DNA from: a virus
Taxonomy: Duplodnaviria; Caudoviricetes
IMG/VR virus record: IMGVR_UViG_3300026543_000024
Location: 1 to 47,925 of that record
Length of the DNA: 47,925 nt
Strand: one strand, 5' to 3'
Made by a program: the position numbers and the translations under genes. The notes below the pieces were generated by a model that was not told where the DNA came from, searched no databases, and saw nothing but the letters and a program-made list of their open reading frames with translations. Shown one piece after another: positions 16,773-26,695 of the stretch. Within the stretch, counting starts at the first letter, position 1. Each line of letters starts with the position of its first letter.

Positions 16773-17596
16773 TGGCAATTTCAAGAACTGCCAAGGGTAC
16801 GGCTACTGATAAGAGTCTTGGCAAGACGTTACAGGTAGATAACGTCGTCAAGAGTCCTTATGCGTTTATCGGAGTGTGCATCGTCTATGACAATTCTCAG
16901 GGCGACCCCTCTGTCAGATGGGGTATAGATATACCAAAGAATCAGCTTTTGTTGGTGCCCGGCTCTCTTAAAGCGCACGGCTTGTTGCCATTTTCAATTG
17001 CTCATTGGCGAATTAAGACCGGTTTCGGAGATACAAGGAATTTGAGGGCTACGTGGAGCGCGAATATCGCCGCGAGAGCCATGTTCGTCTACGAATTAAG
17101 CGATGTAGAACGTAAGGATGTTGTAGTTACAAGAATCCACAATAATACTGACGCACCGAATACCAGTACCGCCGGCAATGCGCCGACAACCACAAATCTC
17201 AATACCTTTCATGTCGCCGCCTTTGGCAGCATTGGCCCCGAATCTGACAGTCAGGGAGTTGCAGGTAGTGGGCACATATTAGGACAGCGGGCCGGTACAA
17301 CAGGCGCACCGGCGGCATCAAATGTAACCATTCAGGAAACATTTGATGAATTGAGTGCTACCGGACAATGCTGGGCGAACTTAACCGGAGCAACATCGAG
17401 AGACTGGATCAATACTATTGTTGCCTTCGAGAGTCCTTCAAAGGAAGAAGATTTATTGATTTTGCAGAAAGAGTGGGAAACGGTACAGGCAAGGACGGCA
17501 GCCATCGAAGCAAATCACGGTCTTGATGTTGCGCTTCAGGGTACGGTGGCTACTACGACAACCGATATTGCTTCAGTAACGATTGATGCGTTATGA
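16772..17596 (+). CDS. Putative virion surface or adhesin-like protein
   Basis: Thr/Ala/Gly-rich beta protein, coupled start. Confidence 0.6.
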   Translation: MAISRTAKGTATDKSLGKTLQVDNVVKSPYAFIGVCIVYDNSQGDPSVRWGIDIPKNQLLLVPGSLKAHGLLPFSIAHWRIKTGFGDTRNLRATWSANIAARAMFVYELSDVERKDVVVTRIHNNTDAPNTSTAGNAPTTTNLNTFHVAAFGSIGPESDSQGVAGSGHILGQRAGTTGAPAASNVTIQETFDELSATGQCWANLTGATSRDWINTIVAFESPSKEEDLLILQKEWETVQARTAAIEANHGLDVALQGTVATTTTDIASVTIDAL

Positions 17597-19482
17597 CTAT
17601 ATCGCTGCCCGCTGCTGTTAATTTGCACACGCTCAACCATAGTGTCGATGCGCGGGCTCGTGGCATCACAAATGGCGCGGTCCAAGGACTCAAGCCCGGC
17701 GGCAATCTCCCGTTGACGACGAGCGCGGCTGTCGTCGTCAACAATACGGCTTCCAGTCAAACCGGAACATGGACGGCCTTACATTGGGAATTCCTGGCAA
17801 CTGGTGGTTACGATGTGTCGAGCGAAACCCGTGTGGCGATCTTTGGCATTCAATTCGCCACGGCGGATCGTATCCAAATTTCTGATCTGGTAAACGATGG
17901 CATTGCCATCCGCATTGGAAGTGGCATCGGCTCTCCGCCCTCGAACTATAAGCACTACCAGGTAGGCGGACGGGACAGACCGTTGGCGTCGTCCATGGTC
18001 CAGAGTCTGCCGGTGGTTATCGATCTGAACGATACTTCGAATGAGTCGACAGGCGGGACGTTCGATAACACCGATGTTCAGACCTACGGGCCGGGGAACG
18101 TGCGCTGGGATATGTTTGGTACGCTTAACGGTTTGATGGTAATCTCCCGGGCGTTCGTTTTTACCACGGCAGTAGACAGTGCTGACATTCCTTTATTCAC
18201 AGGAGCAGGGTCAGACTGGGACGATTTGGTTGATTTTGTTCAGGGCGCAGACTTCACCGACAAAATCGGGGAATGGTGCTTCCGCAATGGTAGCACGGTC
18301 GTCGTGCCAATTCCATGGCAGATTGGTGACGGAACAACAGCTACCACTTTTAACGACAACGGCGACACGATTGTTGGCCCTCCACATGATGACGTTAATG
18401 ACCCACGGTTTCGATTAACTTCGCAGGCGTTGAGGGGATATATCCGGCTGCGTGATAATGCTGCGGATATTGTGACATTGAGTGGCACGTACAATTTTAT
18501 CGACAGCAATAAGCCTGATCTTGATTTCGACGTTTCAAACGCAGCAGTAATTACACTCACTGGATCGACTTGGATTGGGCGAGGCCCAATTACGTTGGGT
18601 TCGAGTGTAGCAGGTGCGGCGACATGGGATCGCTGTGGCACTGTGGACGCAACGGCAGGACCAGATGTTGACGGTTCGATATTTAAGTCACCAACTAACG
18701 ATGCGTTATTGATCGACAGCACTCAGACTCTCGCAGACCTCCGTTTTGAGTCTTATACCGGACAAGTCGCGCTGAATGTTGGGGCGGGTGCGAGCAATGT
18801 CAACATTACTCTCGATAATTGTTTCTTTGACAAAACTGGAACATTTGAAGTAGAGAACAGCGGTTCTGGAATCGTTACACTGATTATGATTAACGGCACG
18901 GCACTTCTAGTTGCTGCCGATGTAACCAATACTGGTGGTGGTTCTATTGAATTAATAGCAGAAACTGTCACAACAACGATTCATACAGATGATAATACAG
19001 GTACAAACTTACAAAACTCCAGAGTCTTAGTAAGGGCAGCAGCAGGTGGCCCCGAACCACATGATGTAATTGTAACTATTACAAGAGTTACAACTGTTTC
19101 CACAGTTGCTCACACAGCTCATGGAATGGGAGTTGGTGATAAATTCCAGCTCAAAGGTATTACAGATAAAACAGAGGATAATGGGGTACAAACTATAGTT
19201 ACTGTGCCTGGTGTAAACTCGTACACCTATACGACAACCAACTCTGGGTCAACAAATTATACAGGTACAATATTGTCAACAGCAGTTTTTATTGATGGCT
19301 TGACAGATGCAAGTGGTGATATATCTGATACCAGAGTGTTTGCATCTAACCAACCTATAGATGGTTTTGTACGTAAGGCTTCAGCATCACCAAGATTTAA
19401 GAGCTTTGGTCTTGCTGGAAACACAATAGACAGCGTAACAGGATTAACAGTAAACATAAGGATGATATTAGATGAGCAATAA
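17593..19482 (+). CDS. Putative tail spike or beta-helix virion protein (629 aa)
   Basis: Thr/Gly/Asn-rich, repetitive beta pattern. Confidence 0.6.
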   Translation: MTISLPAAVNLHTLNHSVDARARGITNGAVQGLKPGGNLPLTTSAAVVVNNTASSQTGTWTALHWEFLATGGYDVSSETRVAIFGIQFATADRIQISDLVNDGIAIRIGSGIGSPPSNYKHYQVGGRDRPLASSMVQSLPVVIDLNDTSNESTGGTFDNTDVQTYGPGNVRWDMFGTLNGLMVISRAFVFTTAVDSADIPLFTGAGSDWDDLVDFVQGADFTDKIGEWCFRNGSTVVVPIPWQIGDGTTATTFNDNGDTIVGPPHDDVNDPRFRLTSQALRGYIRLRDNAADIVTLSGTYNFIDSNKPDLDFDVSNAAVITLTGSTWIGRGPITLGSSVAGAATWDRCGTVDATAGPDVDGSIFKSPTNDALLIDSTQTLADLRFESYTGQVALNVGAGASNVNITLDNCFFDKTGTFEVENSGSGIVTLIMINGTALLVAADVTNTGGGSIELIAETVTTTIHTDDNTGTNLQNSRVLVRAAAGGPEPHDVIVTITRVTTVSTVAHTAHGMGVGDKFQLKGITDKTEDNGVQTIVTVPGVNSYTYTTTNSGSTNYTGTILSTAVFIDGLTDASGDISDTRVFASNQPIDGFVRKASASPRFKSFGLAGNTIDSVTGLTVNIRMILDEQ

Positions 19483-19867
19483 TAACGGTAAAGATGTTCA
19501 ACACTCTGATTTAATTGAGGGTTTTAAAATACTAGACGAGAACTTGCTAGAGCGTAATGCGCCTAAGATACAATGGGGTGGTCTATGGAAACAAAGAAGT
19601 CATGAAGATCAGATAAAGTATCTTCAGAATCTAGCCTCGACTATGAACCACGCAGCTTGGTTAATACAAGAAGAAAGAAACCAACTGATCACTATATGTG
19701 AGACTAAAGATGCTCAACTTAAAACACTGCAAGTGTCTATTGAGCAGAATAATGATATGCTTCAGACTGAACTTGTCAAGATGAATGAACGTGGACACGT
19801 TTATAAAAAGGAGATAGCAAGACTCAACATAGTTATTAGAGAACTGGAAAGTGGCAATATCGATTAA
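19472..19867 (+). CDS. Coiled-coil hypothetical protein
   Basis: ORF with heptad pattern. Confidence 0.7.
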   Translation: MSNNNGKDVQHSDLIEGFKILDENLLERNAPKIQWGGLWKQRSHEDQIKYLQNLASTMNHAAWLIQEERNQLITICETKDAQLKTLQVSIEQNNDMLQTELVKMNERGHVYKKEIARLNIVIRELESGNID

Positions 19868-20330
19868 CTTCACCACTAAGGTTATCAGTGTTCCACAAGC
19901 GGACATGACCTTGGTAAGTGGCACATTCTTTCGTTTACCAACTGAGACACTGTTCAGAACAGATGTTAATGCGTTGATGGATGATGAAGAAGGGATTGTC
20001 TTTGATACTCCCATCAACCATAATACTGAGGTTACTATTGCTGGTGTAACATTTGCAAGGTTCATTGAATTGATTAACGGTTACTCAGTTCAAATGACCC
20101 CAAACTCTCAGTTTACTGTTGAACTTACAGAGTCTAATAATAACCTGCATGATGTAGTAGCAGGAGCTTTAGTTCAGAATCAGGTACAAGTTCTGACAAC
20201 CAATTCAGCGGGACTTATAACCGTTATTAGTGGCTCTGGTGTTACACCAGGAGATATTACAGCTATTGCAGCGGCGGTATGGAATCATGTTAAAGCTTTA
20301 ACCTTTAATCTGTGGTACGGAAATAAATGA
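19851..20330 (+). CDS. Putative virion structural protein
   Basis: MAISINFTTKVI...GVTFARF...NSAGL...IAAAVW pattern of phage structural proteins. Confidence 0.65.
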   Translation: MAISINFTTKVISVPQADMTLVSGTFFRLPTETLFRTDVNALMDDEEGIVFDTPINHNTEVTIAGVTFARFIELINGYSVQMTPNSQFTVELTESNNNLHDVVAGALVQNQVQVLTTNSAGLITVISGSGVTPGDITAIAAAVWNHVKALTFNLWYGNK

Positions 20331-20350
20331 ACAATATAGAGGATTAGATA

Positions 20351-21238
20351 ATGGGACTAGAAGCAGGTACATTTATTAGTGATTTTGTTAGAACTAATCC
20401 GCTTGGTTCGGATGATCGATCCACAGCAGATGATCACTTGCGCCTTATTAAAGATTTTATTCTTAATACCTTTCCTAACCTTAATGATGCTTGTAATATG
20501 ACTGACGAGGAATTAAATTTCCTCGTAGGTGTTACAAGTGCTATTCAAACTCAGATTAATAATACAGCTAATGCTACACATACTGGTGATGTTACAGGCA
20601 GTGGAATATTAACTATTGCTTTAGATATCGTTACAAATGCTAAAGCTGCAAATATGGCGCAGGATACACTAAAAGGTAGAGCATCTGGGGCTGGTACAGG
20701 TGATCCAACAGATTTGACAGTTGCACAAGTTAAAGCAATTTTAGGTATTCCTGTTTTAACACAACCAGATGTTGCCATGAGTGGCTCCACTACAACACTT
20801 ACAGGGATACCAGATGATTGTGATAAATTTGAAATAGTATTATATGCAGTCTCTTATAATACAACTGGTGGAACCTGGAGAGTTAGTTTAGGAACCGTCA
20901 CTGAATCAGCATCTACACAATATGATTCAAATGCTTATGATCTTATTAGTAATACTAATGCTAGTAGTGGTAGTACTTTTAACATTGTACCGAATTTTCT
21001 TATTGCCACCGATTTAGTATATGGAATACTTACATTTCTTAGGCTTAAAGATGCTAGTGGAACTAGAGATGGCTGGATGATGAATGGCCAGCTTAGTACT
21101 CAGCAAACAGGTTTGCATCATATTCTTTCATCTGGTCGAGCCTTATTTCCAACGGATTTGCATGTAGGGCAAGTGATATTTGGCACAAATGCTGGTGCCT
21201 TTGATGGTGGATTTGCTTCATTAAGATTTCCAGAATAA
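20351..21238 (+). CDS. Tail fibre protein
   Basis: N-terminal NP...DDHLRLIK...TFPN anchor typical of podovirus fibres; HTGDVTG shaft; GAGGA RBS. Confidence 0.75.
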   Translation: MGLEAGTFISDFVRTNPLGSDDRSTADDHLRLIKDFILNTFPNLNDACNMTDEELNFLVGVTSAIQTQINNTANATHTGDVTGSGILTIALDIVTNAKAANMAQDTLKGRASGAGTGDPTDLTVAQVKAILGIPVLTQPDVAMSGSTTTLTGIPDDCDKFEIVLYAVSYNTTGGTWRVSLGTVTESASTQYDSNAYDLISNTNASSGSTFNIVPNFLIATDLVYGILTFLRLKDASGTRDGWMMNGQLSTQQTGLHHILSSGRALFPTDLHVGQVIFGTNAGAFDGGFASLRFPE

Positions 21239-21290
21239 GATATTTTCTAATATTTGCTTGACTATATAATCCTAATTTGAGAGTAGTGTA

Positions 21291-21941
21291 ATGTTACGCG
21301 ATGCTGTAGTAGACCTTATTCAAAAGCGAAACGGTAATAATACCGATGTAACGCTTCGGGATGATATTATTAAGGAAATGGTAAACATACAGGATACCAT
21401 CCTTGAGGGCGATCCTATGAGCCCTTGGTTTTTAGTGACCGACGAAACTTCTCTAGCAACTGTAGTGGGAGAAGAAAAGGTAGCTTTACCTTTGGACTTT
21501 TTAATGCCCTGGGAGTATGGAATTCTGTTTCGATTTGATTCAACGCTTGATGATCCCTATATTGAAATGACTCGTGAGGATTGGGATTTAATTAAGGAGA
21601 TTCTGAATTCTCCTGGCACACCTACGCATTATGATATTGCAGGAGAATTTTTCCTGATGCGACCTATAGCTGATGCAATTTATCCGCTTCGTATGAGGTA
21701 CATAGCTAGAGGCCTCAGCCTTGCTGGGAATTATGGAACTAATAATATCGAGAATATCTGGTTGAAATTTGCCTCGGACTGGTTCATTGGCGAGGTTGGT
21801 GCAGTGATCTCGGAACAATATCTGCAGGCGGTTCCTGCAAAGGTAGATGTTTTTAAAGCGCAAGCGACTCGAGGACGCGAACGAGTTAGGATTAAGAATG
21901 TTGCTATGGAAGAATCGAACAAGCGGAGAGTAATAGGCTGA
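21291..21941 (+). CDS. Tail adaptor (tubular protein A-like)
   Basis: LPLDFL, GTPTHY and RPIAD motifs; position before the nozzle. Confidence 0.75.
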   Translation: MLRDAVVDLIQKRNGNNTDVTLRDDIIKEMVNIQDTILEGDPMSPWFLVTDETSLATVVGEEKVALPLDFLMPWEYGILFRFDSTLDDPYIEMTREDWDLIKEILNSPGTPTHYDIAGEFFLMRPIADAIYPLRMRYIARGLSLAGNYGTNNIENIWLKFASDWFIGEVGAVISEQYLQAVPAKVDVFKAQATRGRERVRIKNVAMEESNKRRVIG

Positions 21942-23554
21942 TGCCAAATTTACCTATAGAGAATGTAGGGCGGTTTGGGCTTCAAACTGACAAGAAACCT
22001 TACGAGTTGGAAGTTGAGGCTTGGAGTCAAGCTAACAATATTCGGTTTAGTGCTTTGGGTGCAAAGAAATTTACAGGGCATAAGCTGGTGTACACCACTA
22101 CAATGCTACATGACCCGTATTGGCTCTTCCCATGGCTTAGTACCGTAACGCCAGGTTTCTCGTGGTTATACCCAAGCTTTACTCGTATGGCTCGTATAAT
22201 AGGTACAGCACATTCAGATGTAACGCGATTTACTACAATACTGGGAGATGATAATTATGCGGCAGTAGTTAGCTCTTTGTGGTCGGGTACATTACTAGGA
22301 GATTTACCTATTTGGTGTTATGATGGACAGGTTGATCCGCCACAAAGTTTTAATGTCGCGAACACTCGCTTTGAAAATCTCCCTAATTGGCAGGTAGCTT
22401 CCTTTGCTGATATTTTGACTGTTGTAGATCGACACGTTGTAGCCTTAAGAATAAAAAGAAGTGGTATAGCCTTTAATCCTCGTATGGTGAAATGGAGTCA
22501 AGCAGCAGATCCAGGTACATATCCTAGTTCATGGGATGAGACTGATCCAACAACAGGTGCTGGTGAAGTAACTCTTGCGGAAACTCCTGGAGAAATTATA
22601 GGTGTAGCCCTGCTTGGTAACTCTACTCTTATTTATAAGCAGGATAGCGTTATAACTATGCGCTTTGTAGGGGGACAAAGCATATTTCGCTTCGATACAA
22701 TCTTCTCTGAGTTTGGCGCTCTTTCCCGAGAGTCTATAGGGATTCTTGAGAACTCACACTTTGTGGTAACAGAGGGAGATGTAGTTGTACATAATGGACA
22801 GATCTTTCAAAGTGTAATAGATAAGAAGAATAGAAATCTGTTGTTTAATTTTATGTCTCGAACTTTGAAAGGGAAAACTCAGGTAAAAGTCTATGAGCAG
22901 TTAACTGAGGTTTGGATATGTTATTGTGATATAAATTCTTTAGGGCAGCTTAATAAAGCGTTGATCTGGAATTATTTAGATAATACTTGGTCACAACGAG
23001 ACCTTCAAGAATTTTCTTATGTATCCTTTGGTTTTATTGATACTACAGCATCAGGACAAAGCTTTAATGATATTTCAGGAACCTTTGATACGGACTTAGG
23101 GCCTTTCGATGAGACAACCGTTTCTCCAGTCTTTGATGAGTTACTGGCTGCGAGTGCGATACCTAGAGAGTTGCTGGCGTTGAATTTTACAGAGCAGTTT
23201 AATGGTGTTAATATCTTGACGCTATTAGAACGTACAGGCTTGGCTATAGTGGGTAGGGATCGACAAGGTCAATGGCGTACAGATTTAGATTCTGTAAAAT
23301 TTATCAGACGTGTTCATTTGAAGTTGGATTCTAATGGCCTTGTAAACGTATTTGTAGGTAGTCAACAAAAGGTAGGTGGCTCTGTAGAATGGGGAACAGC
23401 TTTCGTTTTTGACCCTGCTACGCAATCTTTTTTTGATTGTAGAGTTAATACGAAATTTTTTAATTTCAAGATCGAGTCTGCCACAAATATTACTTGGACA
23501 CTATATGGTTATACGATTGATCTCAGTATTATTAGTGAGGCATCGCGACAGTGA
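21941..23554 (+). CDS. Tail nozzle (tubular protein B; P22 gp10-like)
   Basis: 537 aa beta-propeller-like; VKWS, ALIWNYLDNTWS. Confidence 0.78.
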   Translation: MPNLPIENVGRFGLQTDKKPYELEVEAWSQANNIRFSALGAKKFTGHKLVYTTTMLHDPYWLFPWLSTVTPGFSWLYPSFTRMARIIGTAHSDVTRFTTILGDDNYAAVVSSLWSGTLLGDLPIWCYDGQVDPPQSFNVANTRFENLPNWQVASFADILTVVDRHVVALRIKRSGIAFNPRMVKWSQAADPGTYPSSWDETDPTTGAGEVTLAETPGEIIGVALLGNSTLIYKQDSVITMRFVGGQSIFRFDTIFSEFGALSRESIGILENSHFVVTEGDVVVHNGQIFQSVIDKKNRNLLFNFMSRTLKGKTQVKVYEQLTEVWICYCDINSLGQLNKALIWNYLDNTWSQRDLQEFSYVSFGFIDTTASGQSFNDISGTFDTDLGPFDETTVSPVFDELLAASAIPRELLALNFTEQFNGVNILTLLERTGLAIVGRDRQGQWRTDLDSVKFIRRVHLKLDSNGLVNVFVGSQQKVGGSVEWGTAFVFDPATQSFFDCRVNTKFFNFKIESATNITWTLYGYTIDLSIISEASRQ

Positions 23555-23946
23555 GTATTGATTTTTATTCGGGCCTTCTTCCACAGATATCGGAAGAGGT
23601 TCCTCTTTATTTACAGGAGTTAACTAAGCGTTTAGAGGAAGCTTTTGCTGTTATTGATGCAAAGGAAGTAAATCATACGACAGTCACTACGACATTATAT
23701 ATCGCTGCAAATGAAGATATTATTTTAGTTGATGACGATGCTGCGGGGGGAGTTGTGACGATTACATTGCCTGCAACATCAAGAAATAATGCTATTTATA
23801 ATATTAAGAAACTGGGAACAACTGCAAATGTCGTTATCGATGGCAATACAGCAGAAACAATAGATGGTGGGCTTACAGCGACTCTTACCGTTCAATACGA
23901 ATCAATAACGATTTATTCTGATGGCTTAAATTGGCATATTCTCTAA
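23551..23946 (+). CDS. Tail-associated protein
   Basis: TITLPA...IKK...ETIDG motif common in tail fibre modules. Confidence 0.65.
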   Translation: MSIDFYSGLLPQISEEVPLYLQELTKRLEEAFAVIDAKEVNHTTVTTTLYIAANEDIILVDDDAAGGVVTITLPATSRNNAIYNIKKLGTTANVVIDGNTAETIDGGLTATLTVQYESITIYSDGLNWHIL

Positions 23947-24734
23947 TGTCTTATTATCCTTTAATGAAAAATATCAAAGAAACAGTTGACAAATTAACTT
24001 TTGCTGATCTTATAAGAAGTTATAACTCGAATTTTACACAAGGAAGTACAGTTTCTGGTATAGAACGTCCGGCTGGTTGGTATATATCAGGTGTTGAAGG
24101 TTTTGATACGTTTATTAATGAGGGACCAGCTATTAATGGTATTATGCGGATAGTAGATAAATTTGAGCAAGCTACGGTTGATGTAGCTTCAAAAGCGTTT
24201 CCTGTAGTTGCCGGTGAGTCTTACGATGTAGGAGTGATTTATAAATCTCACGAAAGCGTTTCGATGAGTTTTCGTTTTTATATTACGACTATCACTGATG
24301 ATATTATTCCATTGGGAAAGGTAGCATTAGGAGTAAGTACAACAGTCTCTCCATCAGAGGATGAGCCTTATGTTTTGCCGAGAAATGATCCTGCTGCGAA
24401 TGGTTGGGTGCGGGATGCTGTATTCGAACATTCGAGTATGCCTCTCGTTTATACATTTTACGGAGCAAGTTGGACAGCGCCTGTAAACGCTAAGTGGGCA
24501 TCAATAGGAATAAGAAGAACTGGAGTAACTGATCCGTCAGAAGAAAATAGTTTATACTTTTCGGAAGCTTATGTTTCTCAAGGAAATGTGTTTAAACATG
24601 ATTTGGGAAAGATAATGACTAATATGGCTATAGCCGAAACGGATTCAATTCCTGCAAATGCAATTTATAAGTTTCCTGTTTATGATCTAGATGAAAATCT
24701 TGTCGGATATATTCCAATTGTAACGGATTTTTAA
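23946..24734 (+). CDS. Tail-associated protein with a possible carbohydrate-binding beta-sandwich
   Basis: GESY and WTAPVNAKWA pattern; ATG 23946 overlaps the previous stop. Confidence 0.55.
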   Translation: MSYYPLMKNIKETVDKLTFADLIRSYNSNFTQGSTVSGIERPAGWYISGVEGFDTFINEGPAINGIMRIVDKFEQATVDVASKAFPVVAGESYDVGVIYKSHESVSMSFRFYITTITDDIIPLGKVALGVSTTVSPSEDEPYVLPRNDPAANGWVRDAVFEHSSMPLVYTFYGASWTAPVNAKWASIGIRRTGVTDPSEENSLYFSEAYVSQGNVFKHDLGKIMTNMAIAETDSIPANAIYKFPVYDLDENLVGYIPIVTDF

Positions 24735-24738
24735 TGAT

Positions 24739-24987
24739 ATGGATGAAATACCACTTACAGAGGATCATGTTAAAAAAATTGTCGATGATAGATTACGTTA
24801 TATTGGCTTTGATCCACAAGATACTGAAGAAATTCGTGAGAGAATTATGTGGCTTAAGGCAAAGAAAAGGCAACGTGATAACATAGTTTTGTGGACAACT
24901 AGGGCTATTGTAGTTTCTGTTATTACTGGTATTGCTTATGCAATCTGGGAAGGCATCAAGATATTTCTTAGCAAAATACACGAATGA
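24739..24987 (+). CDS. Putative holin or single-TM membrane protein
   Basis: 82 aa; C-terminal TM AIVVSVITGIAYAIW preceded by a basic patch. Confidence 0.5.
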   Translation: MDEIPLTEDHVKKIVDDRLRYIGFDPQDTEEIRERIMWLKAKKRQRDNIVLWTTRAIVVSVITGIAYAIWEGIKIFLSKIHE

Positions 24988-25018
24988 AGAAAGACTTAGA
25001 GTTATGGAACGGTTTATC

Positions 25019-25047
25019 TTGACAGCTTTTGGCTATTGTGTTATAAG
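25019..25047 (+). promoter_or_regulatory. Internal sigma70-type promoter
   Basis: TTGACA-17 nt-TATAAG with extended TG. Confidence 0.6.
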
Positions 25048-25061
25048 CTAATGATTGCATC

Positions 25062-25550
25062 TTGGATTTGAACATGCAATCATTAGAAGGATCATTTAAA
25101 CCTCTTATGTCGCGTGAGGAAGCGATTGCGAATATTTACGAATTAGAGGAAGCTATATTAAAGTTACCTAATAGCTTTAATAAGCATTCTCTTAATTTCA
25201 GTTATAGACATTGGTTTGTTCCCGGTATATATGGTAGGGAGATTACAATACCTGCGAATTGCGTACTAACAACCGAGATTCATGCCTCCGAGAATATAGC
25301 GGTTGTTTCAAAGGGAGCCTTCACATTTTATACGGAGAGAGGCTTAGAGTATATAGAAGCGCCAGCAACTATGGTAACAAAGATAGGTACCAAGCGAGCT
25401 ATGTATACCCACACTGAGGTGATCTTTACCACCTTTCACTGCAATCCTGATAATGAACGGGATATCGATACTTTAGTTGCTCGCTATACTTTTAAGAATG
25501 AAATTGTATATCAGCAATATAAACAGGACTTATTAGAGGTGGCCTCATGA
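25062..25550 (+). CDS. Cupin-fold protein
   Basis: HWFVPGIYGREITIPA...H...GTKR...TFH.NP, a phage cupin-like family. Confidence 0.7.
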   Translation: MDLNMQSLEGSFKPLMSREEAIANIYELEEAILKLPNSFNKHSLNFSYRHWFVPGIYGREITIPANCVLTTEIHASENIAVVSKGAFTFYTERGLEYIEAPATMVTKIGTKRAMYTHTEVIFTTFHCNPDNERDIDTLVARYTFKNEIVYQQYKQDLLEVAS

Positions 25551-26461
25551 GTTTTGCAGTTGGTGGCGCAATTATAGGGGGATCGCTAATTACCAGTAGA
25601 GGTAATAAAAGTGCAGCAGAAACGGCTGCAAATGCAACTCCTAATTTTCCTACAGCGGTGCAGCCGTTAGTTGACCAGACGGTTGGAAACCTTGTGGGTA
25701 TAAATCCAGTTAAGCAATTTGGAGGAGATCGGATTGCAGACTTTAGTGATCTTCAACAGCAAGGAATTGAGCAAGCTCCCGGACTATCACAAGCGCTTCA
25801 AGCTCAAGCCGATACTGCAGCAGGGGGATTTAACACTTTTGCTAGTGGCAGTCAAGTTGGTCAGAATCCTTTTCTGGATGAATCTATTGAAGCATTACGT
25901 CAGTCCGCTAACCAGGATTTACAACGAAATCAACTACCAGCGATTCGGAATACTGCAGTAGCCGCTGGGGGCCTTGGGGGTTCTCGCCAAGGCATTGCAG
26001 AAGGACTTGCGGTTTCAGACTTGAATCAAACGTTGGTTAATCAAGAGGCGGAGTTGCGTACTCAGCAGTTTAATCAAGATCAGACTAATCAGCTTAATGC
26101 GCTTATCCAACAAGGTAATATTCTTAGTGGTCAAGGTGCAGGTCAACAACAGTTATTACAGACTGGTGCATTACAACAGCAACAAGAACAGGCGGAGATT
26201 GGTGGTGCTCAACAGTTGTTTAATGAGCAACAGCAGCAAGAGTTTGATAGGCAGGCACAGCTTCTTCAGATTCTTATGGGTTCTCCAGCCTCTGCATCAC
26301 AACTATCAGCTCAGGCTGATCCGTTAGTATCTGGCTTAGGAGCAGGATTAACGGTGTCACAATTATTTCCTGGCGGTAGTGGAGGTACAACAAATCCTCT
26401 TGTCGGTACAAATATATTACCAGGGGTTAGTCCTAGTGATGCGATAGGGACACCTTTTTAG
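25547..26461 (+). CDS. Internal virion / DNA ejection protein
   Basis: Gly/Ala N-terminus, Gln-rich helices, GGLGGSRQGIAEG motif. Confidence 0.75.
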   Translation: MSFAVGGAIIGGSLITSRGNKSAAETAANATPNFPTAVQPLVDQTVGNLVGINPVKQFGGDRIADFSDLQQQGIEQAPGLSQALQAQADTAAGGFNTFASGSQVGQNPFLDESIEALRQSANQDLQRNQLPAIRNTAVAAGGLGGSRQGIAEGLAVSDLNQTLVNQEAELRTQQFNQDQTNQLNALIQQGNILSGQGAGQQQLLQTGALQQQQEQAEIGGAQQLFNEQQQQEFDRQAQLLQILMGSPASASQLSAQADPLVSGLGAGLTVSQLFPGGSGGTTNPLVGTNILPGVSPSDAIGTPF

Positions 26462-26470
26462 GAGTAAACT

Positions 26471-26695
26471 ATGGCCGTTGATTTATTTCAATCTTTGATG
26501 AACATGAATACTGGAGTGGCTCAGCCGCAAGGCCAGCCACTATTGCAGGGTGAAAATCCCTTAATTAATTTGCAGGGACTTCCTGCTGGAACTACACCAG
26601 CTGCTACTCCTGCTCCTGATGTGTCAGCTAATCCAACTAAGCAAGTGAAGTCACTTGAAGAGTTGCTGTTTGGCATGGGAGGTTTTAATGGCTAA
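26471..26695 (+). CDS. Small Pro/Gln-rich putative internal virion protein
   Basis: AGGAG RBS; within the ejection cluster. Confidence 0.65.
   Translation: MAVDLFQSLMNMNTGVAQPQGQPLLQGENPLINLQGLPAGTTPAATPAPDVSANPTKQVKSLEELLFGMGGFNG

Noticed and set aside
14283-24734. Diversity-generating retroelement or invertible tail-fibre cassette
   Set aside because: No reverse transcriptase or invertase, and I saw no template/variable repeat pair.
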